18,597 bases of DNA, taken from assembly GCA_031459875.1 (NCBI GenBank), contig JAVKHQ010000042.1, forward strand, positions 1 to 18,597, written 5' to 3'. Positions within the stretch are counted from its first letter, which is position 1; the number at the start of each line of letters is the position of its first letter. A model generated the notes under the pieces. That model was not told the DNA's origin and made no database searches. It worked only from the letters and a program-made list of their open reading frames with translations. The translations under genes and the position numbers were made by a program. Positions 8,028 through 15,407 of this stretch are shown piece by piece. The stretch comes from Candidatus Fervidifonticultor sextus. Lineage in GTDB: Bacteria; Sysuimicrobiota; Sysuimicrobiia; Sysuimicrobiales; Humicultoraceae.

Positions 8028-9287
8028 GTGGGGCAGGGCGTGCGCGTCGAGATCGCCGGCCTGGTCTGCCGCCTGGGGGGGATCGCGGCCCTCGACGGCA
8101 TCTCGGTCCACATTCCGCCCGGCCGCCTCTTCGGGGTGGTGGGGCCCAACGGCGCCGGGAAGACGACGCTGTTGCGCGCGATCGCCGGGGCCGTGGGTCC
8201 CCAGGCGGGCGCCGTCCTGGTGGAGGGTCGCGCCCCGCACGCGACGCCTGCCTCCGACCTGGCCCGCATCATGGCGGTCCTCCCGCAGCACCCCGTCGCG
8301 CCGGCCGGCGTCACGGTCCGGGAGGCCGTGGGGTGGGGGAGGGCGCCGCGCCTCGGCCGCCTGGCCAGACCGCGGCCGGACGACCTGCGCGCCATCGACG
8401 AAGCGCTGGCCCAGACCGGGACGCTGGCCTTAGCCGGCCGGGCCGTCGACACGCTCAGCGGTGGCGAGCGCCAGCGGGTGCTGATCGCCCGGGCCCTGGC
8501 ACAGTCCCCCCGTCTGCTCCTGCTGGATGAGCCCACCGTGCACCTGGACATCGGCCATCAGGTGGAGATCATGGACCTGCTGCGCCATCTCGCCGGGCGC
8601 GGCCTCACCGTGGTGGCCGCCCTCCACGACCTGAACCTGGCGGCGACCTACTGCGACGGCGTGGCGCTGCTGGCGCGAGGGCGCCTTGTGGCGTGCGGGC
8701 CGCCGGCTGATGTGCTCAGGGCGGACCTCATCCGTCACGCGTACGGCCCCGCCGTGGCGGTCCGCACCAATCCGGCGACCGGGAGGCCCTACGTGGCGGT
8801 CGCCGGCCGGGCGCGGGCGGGCGGGACGGGCCCGCGGATCCACGTGATCTGCGGCGGCGGCACCGGCGCGGAGGCCCTGGCCCGCCTGGTGGAGTCGGGG
8901 TACCGGGTGAGCGCGGGCGTCCTGCACGTGATGGACTCCGACGACGAGGCGGCCGCCGCGCTGGGCGTCGAGGTGGTCGAGGAGGCCCCCTTCTCGCCGG
9001 TCGGCGACGAAGCGGTGGCGGCGGCGACCGCGCTCGCCCGGGCGTCGGATGTCGTCGTCGTCGCCCCAGTCCCGGTCGGGCCTGGAAACCTCCGGAACTT
9101 CGAGGTGGCCGCCTCCGCGCTGGCGGCGGGGATCCCGGTGGTCCTGGTCGAAGGGACCGCACAGCGGGACTTCACCGGGGGTGCGGGGGCGGCGGCGGCC
9201 GAGCGGCTGCGGGCCGCCGGCGCGCTGGTGGTGCCCGACGTGCACGCAGCCGTCGAATTGGTCCGGCGGGTCGCTCCGGTAGCTTAG
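8028..9287 (+). CDS. btuD: Corrinoid/iron-chelate ABC ATPase with ~150-aa C-terminal extension (long BtuD type)
   Basis: GPNGAGKT, LSGGERQR, LLLLDEPT, LHDLNLA; C-terminal domain begins RIHVICGGGTG at about 8835. Confidence 0.75.
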   Translation: MGQGVRVEIAGLVCRLGGIAALDGISVHIPPGRLFGVVGPNGAGKTTLLRAIAGAVGPQAGAVLVEGRAPHATPASDLARIMAVLPQHPVAPAGVTVREAVGWGRAPRLGRLARPRPDDLRAIDEALAQTGTLALAGRAVDTLSGGERQRVLIARALAQSPRLLLLDEPTVHLDIGHQVEIMDLLRHLAGRGLTVVAALHDLNLAATYCDGVALLARGRLVACGPPADVLRADLIRHAYGPAVAVRTNPATGRPYVAVAGRARAGGTGPRIHVICGGGTGAEALARLVESGYRVSAGVLHVMDSDDEAAAALGVEVVEEAPFSPVGDEAVAAATALARASDVVVVAPVPVGPGNLRNFEVAASALAAGIPVVLVEGTAQRDFTGGAGAAAAERLRAAGALVVPDVHAAVELVRRVAPVA

Positions 9288-9301
9288 GGGGTGCGGCTCC
9301 G

Positions 9302-9988
9302 GTGGATCGGCAGGGGCTCGTGGTGACCATCGACGGCCCCACGGCGGCCGGGAAGTCCACGGTGGCCCGCGGCGTGGCCCGCCGACTGGGACTCCGGTAC
9401 GTGGACACCGGCGCCATGTATCGCGCCGTGGCGCTGGCCGCGATCCGGCGGGGCATCGACCCGACCGATGGGGGCGCACTGGGCGCGCTGGCCGAGTCGG
9501 TGACGGTCAGGTTCGAGTCCGGGCCGTCGGGAGACCGCGTCTGCCTCGACGGCGAGGACGTCACCGCCGCGATCCGCGCCCCCGAGGTGAGCGCCGCGGC
9601 CTCCGTGGTGAGCACGGTGCCCCGGGTGCGGGCTGCCATGGTGGCGCAGCAGCGCGCGCTGGCTGCATCTGGCGGAGTCGTGATGGAAGGCCGCGACATC
9701 GGCACCGTGGTCCTTCCCGACGCCGAGGTCAAGGTGTTCCTCGACGCCACCCTGGAGACCAGGGCCAAGCGGCGCCACGACGAACTGCGCGCCCGCGGCG
9801 TCGAGATCGACATCGAGGAGATCAAGCGCCAGGAGGCGGAGCGGGACCGCCGTGACGAGACCCGGGCCCTGGCGCCGCTGCGGCCAGCCGCCGACGCCGT
9901 CATCCTCGACACGACCGCCATGACGGTCGACGAGGTGATTGACGCGGTCGTGCGGCTCGTCCGCCAGCGCACCGGTGGGCACCGATGA
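9302..9988 (+). CDS. cmk: Cytidylate kinase
   Basis: IDGPTAAGKST, YVDTGAMYRA, VMEGRDIGTVVLPDA, RDRRD..R..APL. Confidence 0.95.
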   Translation: MDRQGLVVTIDGPTAAGKSTVARGVARRLGLRYVDTGAMYRAVALAAIRRGIDPTDGGALGALAESVTVRFESGPSGDRVCLDGEDVTAAIRAPEVSAAASVVSTVPRVRAAMVAQQRALAASGGVVMEGRDIGTVVLPDAEVKVFLDATLETRAKRRHDELRARGVEIDIEEIKRQEAERDRRDETRALAPLRPAADAVILDTTAMTVDEVIDAVVRLVRQRTGGHR

Positions 9989-10671
9989 CCGCACGGTTTG
10001 GGATCTGGTACCTGATCCTGCAGATCCTCTACACGGCCTGGACGCGCCTGCAGTTCCGGCTGCGCGTCGAGGGCCGCGAGCACGTGCCGCCGGAGGGCGG
10101 GGTGCTGGCGGTCTGCAACCACAACAGCGCGATCGACCCCTGGATCGCCGGCGTGGCGTTCGGCCGGCCGGCCCGCTACATGGCCAAAGAAGAACTCATG
10201 CGGGTGCCGGTCATCGGCTGGCTGGTTGCCGCCATGGGCGCGTTTCCGGTCCGGCGCGGCGAAGCCGACCGGCGGTCGCTGCGGATCGCCCTCGACGCGC
10301 TGGCCCGGGGCCAGATCGTGCTGATGTTCCCCGAGGGCACGCGCAGCCCCGACGGCCGGCTGCGTACCGGCGAGCCGGGCGCGGCCCTGCTGGCGTTGCG
10401 CTCCGGCGCCCCGGTGCTCCCCACGGCGATCATCGGGAGCCACCGGGTCATGCCGCGGGGCGCCTGGTTCCCCCGCAGTCACCCGGTGACGGTGCGGTTC
10501 GGGCCGGTGATCCCCGTCCCTCGGCGCGAGGGCAAGATCCACCGGGCCGAACTGGACGAGTGGACGCGGCGGTTCATGGCCGCCATCGCGGCGCTGCTGC
10601 CGCCGGAACAGCAGCCGGTTGAGACGGATGGGCCCCCGGTCCGGGCGCCGCGCGCGGAAGGGTCAGGGTGA
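9985..10671 (+). CDS. plsC: 1-acyl-sn-glycerol-3-phosphate acyltransferase
   Basis: NHNSAID (NHx4D), MAKEEL, GAFPVRRG, FPEGTRS; ATGA overlap with cmk; cmk-plsC adjacency is common. Confidence 0.9.
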   Translation: MTARFGIWYLILQILYTAWTRLQFRLRVEGREHVPPEGGVLAVCNHNSAIDPWIAGVAFGRPARYMAKEELMRVPVIGWLVAAMGAFPVRRGEADRRSLRIALDALARGQIVLMFPEGTRSPDGRLRTGEPGAALLALRSGAPVLPTAIIGSHRVMPRGAWFPRSHPVTVRFGPVIPVPRREGKIHRAELDEWTRRFMAAIAALLPPEQQPVETDGPPVRAPRAEGSG

Positions 10672-10768
10672 AAGTCTGCGGGCGAAGGCTCGGCGGACAC
10701 GGAACCCAAACAAGATCTCCTGGCAGACCGGTCCGAGCGGCAGAGCATGACGTGTGCGGCCACCCGCG

Positions 10769-11275
10769 TCAGGGACAGGTCGGCGAGACTCGAAGGTCTT
10801 CTTCCCAACGCAGAACCGTCGCCTTCAGCGGCGGTCCGTAGGGTGGCGCGGTGCCCTGATAGGCGATCTCGACTTCGGCGCGGATGACCCGGGTGTGCAC
10901 CGGCGTGCCGTTCCTCCGGATCTCCCCTACGGACAGGATGCACCAGCGGCGTGCGGGTTCCTCAGCGGTGCACACCGAGGGCGGGCTCAGGCAGGTGCGG
11001 GTGGTGGAGTACCAGAACCGGTCGTCACCGGTATCGGGGTATTCGGTCGGGGAGATGCCGGGCGCGTCCTTGTCCCCCTTGAGGAGGTAGATCTGGTGTT
11101 CCAGGCCGGCCTGGGCCAGGTAGAGCGCCTTCGCGTCCTGGAGCATCAGCTGGCCCATGTCCGTCTCGGCGGTCAGGAGCTGGGCAATCCCGCCGGTCAC
11201 CAGCGCCAGGATCAGGACGACCACCAGCGCCAGGACGAGCGCGGTGCCCGCCTCGTCGGCGACGCAGCGTCGCAT
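10769..11275 (-). CDS. Minor pilin, PilX/GspK/ComGG position
   Basis: From ATG 11275: MRRCVADEAG|TALVLALVVVLILAL, a class III signal lacking Glu5, followed by PilX-N-like ALYLAQAGLE. Last gene of the pilin cluster. Confidence 0.8.
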   Translation of the reverse strand: MRRCVADEAGTALVLALVVVLILALVTGGIAQLLTAETDMGQLMLQDAKALYLAQAGLEHQIYLLKGDKDAPGISPTEYPDTGDDRFWYSTTRTCLSPPSVCTAEEPARRWCILSVGEIRRNGTPVHTRVIRAEVEIAYQGTAPPYGPPLKATVLRWEEDLRVSPTCP

Positions 11276-11294
11276 CAGCCGCGGGCGAGCCGGA

Positions 11295-12878
11295 TCAGGG
11301 CACCTGACGGGAGGCACGGGAGGTGACGGCAAAGGTCAAGACTTCTCCAGTGGGGTCCGCGAGCGTGAGGCTGACCTCCACGGACCTGACCTCCGAGACC
11401 GGGGCACACCCGGTGATGAGGCCCCCGCTGGCATTGAAGCACCGGATGCTCATGGATTGGAACGGGCCCGCCAGCGGCTGAAACGCGCCTAGGGACGCTG
11501 GCGTCTCCTCGGCGGCCAGGAGCGCAGAGGGCTCAGGATCCGCGACCCGGGCCCGCACGATGATGTAGCGGTGCCGATGGTCGATCGGCCGGCGCTGGAG
11601 ACCGTTGACACGCCCGTAGTAGTCTCCCGACAGGATCGGCGCCGGATCGGTGACGGCCACCGCCCATCCCAGAGGCTCCGGCTGGCCCACGGCCCAGGTC
11701 TTCCCGCGCAGCACCGCGCCCACCAGCGAGAATCTCCCGTAGTAGTTGGTCCCTGGGGCGACGGTCAGTGGGGCCTCCGCCAACTGGGTTCCGGCTCCAG
11801 ATCCGCCCCACCCCGCCACCCGGTAGATGCGCAGCCGAGTGTTCGTGGCCTGGCCGGGGTTGAGGCGATAGCCGGCCCCTGCGCTGCTCCGCCGGGCGCT
11901 GATGCCCACGATGTGCCGTTGGGTGGCGGCGCCGCCGCCCGAGTCGCTGCGAAACCTCCAGAAGACCTCGACGTTCGCGTGGCCGGGCAGCCACTTGCTG
12001 AACTCCCGGTAGCACAACCCGGCCTGAGCCCCTCCTGTGTTGGCAAAGCGGAAGGAGGTCCCGACCGGGTTGGTGTCCGCAGCAATCGAGTCGGTGCCAT
12101 TGCACGGGTTCGTGCCCGAATCACGCCGAACCCATCCCGTATCCGCCGTTCCCTCTTCGTAGTCCAGGAAGACGTTGTCGGCGTTCGCCGGTGGAGGACC
12201 GGCACCGAGATCGCCATAGTGCAGGAAGTAGTGCACGCTGGTGCCGCCCGAGGGAATCGGGGCCTGCAGCCTGAACCACACGCGGGTCGTCGTGGTGTTC
12301 CAGGTCGACTGGATGTCCAGCACCCGATCGAGTTCCACCCACTCCGTCCCCGTCCAGTAGCGAATCCGCACGTCGTTGCCGTTGGCGAGGCTCTTTCCCG
12401 ACTGGACGAGGGCCTGGTGATCGAAGGTGACCGGGACCGAGTAGCCGGCAGGGACGCCGTTGGGCGCGACGATGACGATCCGCCGCCTGTAGAGGAATCC
12501 GGTCTCCGAGCGCTGGCGGTACTCCAGGGTTCCGGTGGCGCTGTTGAGTCGATACTCGACGTCCAGCATCTGTCCGGTCCCGTCGCCGCGCGCGGTGACG
12601 AACCGCATGAGGGGGAGGGAGGGATCGACTATGAGGAATCCCTGCGCCGCGCGCAGGTCGCGGACCATCGTGTCGGCCGCCCGCCGCGCGTTCTGGAGCA
12701 TGTCGGTGTGGCGATCGACCCGGTGCCAGGACTGGCCGGCGATGGACAGGAGGGGGACGAGCGCGGCCAGGACCAGACCAAGGATCGCCAGGGTGGCCAG
12801 CACCTCGGTGAGCGTCGTGCCGGCCTCACGCAGGAGGAACGAAGGCGTCCTAGGGACGGGACGTGACCTTGGTGTCAT
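11295..12878 (-). CDS. Large (527 aa) minor pilin, PilW/GspJ/ComGF position, with internal DUF2341-like and lectin-like beta domains
   Basis: ATG 12878; LREAG|TTLTEVLATLAILGLV class III signal with Glu5; NARRAADTMVRDLRAA helix typical of PilW/GspJ; internal YRRRIVI..NGNDVRI..RVWFR..YFLHYGD segment. Confidence 0.8.
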   Translation of the reverse strand: MTPRSRPVPRTPSFLLREAGTTLTEVLATLAILGLVLAALVPLLSIAGQSWHRVDRHTDMLQNARRAADTMVRDLRAAQGFLIVDPSLPLMRFVTARGDGTGQMLDVEYRLNSATGTLEYRQRSETGFLYRRRIVIVAPNGVPAGYSVPVTFDHQALVQSGKSLANGNDVRIRYWTGTEWVELDRVLDIQSTWNTTTTRVWFRLQAPIPSGGTSVHYFLHYGDLGAGPPPANADNVFLDYEEGTADTGWVRRDSGTNPCNGTDSIAADTNPVGTSFRFANTGGAQAGLCYREFSKWLPGHANVEVFWRFRSDSGGGAATQRHIVGISARRSSAGAGYRLNPGQATNTRLRIYRVAGWGGSGAGTQLAEAPLTVAPGTNYYGRFSLVGAVLRGKTWAVGQPEPLGWAVAVTDPAPILSGDYYGRVNGLQRRPIDHRHRYIIVRARVADPEPSALLAAEETPASLGAFQPLAGPFQSMSIRCFNASGGLITGCAPVSEVRSVEVSLTLADPTGEVLTFAVTSRASRQVP

Positions 12879-13278
12879 AGCGCACCTGTTCTTCCCCCTC
12901 GTCGCAGGCGCCGCTGGCATCGCGGTCCTGGCAGGCGGTGACCCTTATCGTCTTGAGGACGCCAACGCCGAAGGTGTTGCTCGATGCCTCGGTGGCGATG
13001 GTCCACTCGACCCGGCAACCAGGCAGGTCCGCAGGGTCTGCGGGAGCGTCGCACGATTCAGCACCGGACGACACGCTGTGGATGTCATCCCGCAGGCGGC
13101 TGATCAGTTCCTCGGCCTTGCGCGTCGCCTCCGCGGCGAGCCGCAGCTGGACATCGGAGACCTGCACCGGGCCCAGCGCGGCCGGCAGGACCTGCAGCAG
13201 CGGGACCAGGGCGACGGCGATGATGGCCGCCGCCACCAGCAGCTCCACGAGCGACACCCCGGCCTCTGGGTGCCTCAT
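12850..13278 (-). CDS. Minor pilin, PilV/GspI/ComGE position
   Basis: MRHPEAG|VSLVELLVAAAIIAVAL with Glu5; ATRKAEEL and LKTIRVT patterns of PilV/GspI-like pilins; four Cys; ATGA overlap with upstream gene. Confidence 0.8.
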   Translation of the reverse strand: MRHPEAGVSLVELLVAAAIIAVALVPLLQVLPAALGPVQVSDVQLRLAAEATRKAEELISRLRDDIHSVSSGAESCDAPADPADLPGCRVEWTIATEASSNTFGVGVLKTIRVTACQDRDASGACDEGEEQVRYDTKVTSRP

Positions 13279-13715
13279 GGCAGCGTCACCACCACCCGAC
13301 CGGTCGTCGCGTACACCTGGACCGTCGCCGTCGCTCCCCCGGCCACCAGGGTCACCGTGCCGCCTGCGGAGGGGCTGCCGTCCGGCCGAAACGAGAACTG
13401 CTGGGGCCCGGTGACGGTGACCCCGGCCGGCAGGGGTTTGGGAAAGTCCGGTTCAGGGCTCCCAAGTTCCCGCCTCACGGTGTAACTCTGGTACGGTGCG
13501 ACGGCCGGCGAAAACTCCACCACGTAGGTGGCTCTTCGGGCGATGGCCAGCCGCTGCGCCAGGCGCAGGTCGCCGGCCAACTCCCGGGCAGGCGCGCTGA
13601 CCTGCAGCGATTCGGGCACGCTCAGGCGCGGCGCGGCCACGACCATGAGAATAGCCAGCAGCGCCGCCAGGACCAGCGCCTCGATGAAGCTGAACCCTCG
13701 ATCCAGTCCCCGCAT
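13275..13715 (-). CDS. Minor pilin, FimT/FimU/GspH/ComGD position
   Basis: From ATG 13715: MRGLDRG|FSFIEALVLAALLAIL..P; ELAGDLRLAQRLAI, FSFRPDGSP..GGTVTL, TTGRV are GspH/FimT-like. Confidence 0.82.
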   Translation of the reverse strand: MRGLDRGFSFIEALVLAALLAILMVVAAPRLSVPESLQVSAPARELAGDLRLAQRLAIARRATYVVEFSPAVAPYQSYTVRRELGSPEPDFPKPLPAGVTVTGPQQFSFRPDGSPSAGGTVTLVAGGATATVQVYATTGRVVVTLP

Positions 13716-13768
13716 GCCTGGGCCGGAGGCCCACCGATCTGCAAGCCGGGCTTCCGAAGCGGGGTGAC

Positions 13769-14152
13769 CTAGTGCCCCGCCCCGGTATCGTGGTTCACGC
13801 CGCCCGCGCTCATCTGCACCCGGCACAGGCTCGCGCTGTACGTGGTCACGTACGGCGTCGCGTTCCCGGTCCTCGGGTCGACCGGCCGGCCGTCCGGGAA
13901 GTACGTCGTGTTGTCCAAAAACGCCAAGAATGCGGCCTCAGTGGCCGGACACGAGCCGTTGTTCCGGTACTGGTAGAGGGCCAGCGCCGAGTTGATGGCC
14001 CGCACGTTGGCCATGTCCACCGCGCGCCGCGCGTCGGCCTCCGCCCCAAAGTAGTTGGGCAGGGCGATGGCGATGAGCACCCCGAGGATCAGGACCACCG
14101 CCAGGACCTCGACGAATGTGAACCCTCCTTCACCTGCGCGCTGACGAACCAT
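13769..14152 (-). CDS. Probable major type IV pilin/pseudopilin (GspG/ComGC-like, 117-aa mature)
   Basis: MVRQRAGEGG|FTFVEVLAVVLILGVLIAIALPNY; ANVRAINSALALY; two Cys; strongest SD in the cluster (GGGAGGTGA); first pilin after pilC. Confidence 0.85.
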   Translation of the reverse strand: MVRQRAGEGGFTFVEVLAVVLILGVLIAIALPNYFGAEADARRAVDMANVRAINSALALYQYRNNGSCPATEAAFLAFLDNTTYFPDGRPVDPRTGNATPYVTTYSASLCRVQMSAGGVNHDTGAGH

Positions 14153-14188
14153 CCGCGTTCACCTCCCTCGTGCTGTAATGTCCTCTTC

Positions 14189-15406
14189 CTACCGCACCAG
14201 CAGTCGTGGCAGTCCGAAGATCGGCAGATACAGCGCCAGCAGGATGAGCGCAACGACGCCTCCCAGGGCGAGGGTCAGCAGGGGCTCGGCCAGCGTCATG
14301 AGCCGCCTGATGGCGAAGTCGGTCTCCCGCTCCAGCAGGTCCGAGGCGCGCTGGAGGAGGGCGTCCAGACGTCCTGCCTCTTCGCCCATCGCCACCATGC
14401 GGTGGACCATGGGCGGGAACAGCGTCACCGACCGCATCGCCTCGCTGAGGCGCCGGCCCCGATTGATCCCGTCCCTGAGGTGCCCGATGGCGGCGCGCAT
14501 CTGGGGATCGGCGATGGCCTCGCCGGTGACGTCCAGGGCCGAGAGGACCGGGACCCCGCTGGCCTGCATGGCCCCGAACGTCCACACGAAGCGGGTGACC
14601 TGGATGGTCCTGGCGACCGACCCCACCTGCGGGATGCGATAGAGCAGGCGCCCGGCTGCCTCGCGCAGGCGGGTCCGCACCCGCGGCTGGGTCAGCGCCC
14701 AGGCGCCGGCCGCTGCGGCCGCCAGCAGGAGCGGCCAGAACCGGCGGACCAGGTGGCTGATCGCGACCAGCGCGACGGTGGGCGGGGGAAGCGGGACGCC
14801 CGCCGTCCGGTAGACGCGGTCGAAGACGGGCACGACGAAGGTCACGAAGATCCCCGCCACCACCGCCGCCAGCGCCGCGACGAAGGTCGGGTAGACGAGC
14901 ATCATCCGGATCTTCTGCTGGAGGGCGAGTTCGCGTTCCAGGTAGTCGCTCAGGCGCGCCAGCGACTGATCCAGCACGCCTGCGACTTCTCCGACGCGCA
15001 CGACGCCCAGGTACAGCGGCGAGAAGAGCGCGGGGTGGCGGGCCAGCCCGGCCGACAGGCTGTGGCCGGCTTCGATACTGGCCTGCAGGTCGGCAATGGC
15101 CTCCTGCAGCTGGCGGCTCTCGGTCTGTTCGCGCAGGACCTCGAGCCCCCTCAGCAGCGGGACCCCCGACGCCAGGAGGCCGGCCAGGTGGAAGGTGAAC
15201 GCCGCCACGTCGTCCAGGGTCGGGCGGCGCTGCAGCCACGGGAACGGTCCCCGGCGGGCCTTCGGGCGCAGCGAGGTGATGTAGAGCCCCCGCTCGCGCA
15301 GGCGGGCCCGGGCGCGGGTTTCGTCGTCGGCCTCCAGCACGCCGCGGACCGGGAGGCCGATGCCGTCCCGGCCGGTGTACTCAAAGGCAGGGACGCCGGA
15401 GCCCAC
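14189..15406 (-). CDS. pilC: Type IV pilus/T2SS inner-membrane platform protein (PilC/GspF family)
   Basis: FEYTGRD..G.LEA, LLASGVPL, GEVAGVLD, YP, SGVPV, FPPMVHRMVAMGEEAGRLD, LAEP..LYLPIF: two T2SSF domains with TM segments. Confidence 0.93.
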   Translation of the reverse strand: MGSGVPAFEYTGRDGIGLPVRGVLEADDETRARARLRERGLYITSLRPKARRGPFPWLQRRPTLDDVAAFTFHLAGLLASGVPLLRGLEVLREQTESRQLQEAIADLQASIEAGHSLSAGLARHPALFSPLYLGVVRVGEVAGVLDQSLARLSDYLERELALQQKIRMMLVYPTFVAALAAVVAGIFVTFVVPVFDRVYRTAGVPLPPPTVALVAISHLVRRFWPLLLAAAAAGAWALTQPRVRTRLREAAGRLLYRIPQVGSVARTIQVTRFVWTFGAMQASGVPVLSALDVTGEAIADPQMRAAIGHLRDGINRGRRLSEAMRSVTLFPPMVHRMVAMGEEAGRLDALLQRASDLLERETDFAIRRLMTLAEPLLTLALGGVVALILLALYLPIFGLPRLLVR

Positions 15407-15407
15407 G

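Noticed and set aside
10672..10768. Intrinsic terminator or structured RNA between convergent plsC and the last pilin
   Set aside because: Only short 6-bp complementarities (GTCTGC/GCAGAC, GCTCGG/CCGAGC) and no hairpin followed by a U-tract on either strand.
11295..14152. Pilin cluster as a recently acquired island
   Set aside because: Spot checks suggest only modestly lower GC, explainable by Thr/Asn/Ser-rich surface proteins; no mobility genes or flanking repeats. A sliding-window GC3 analysis would be needed.
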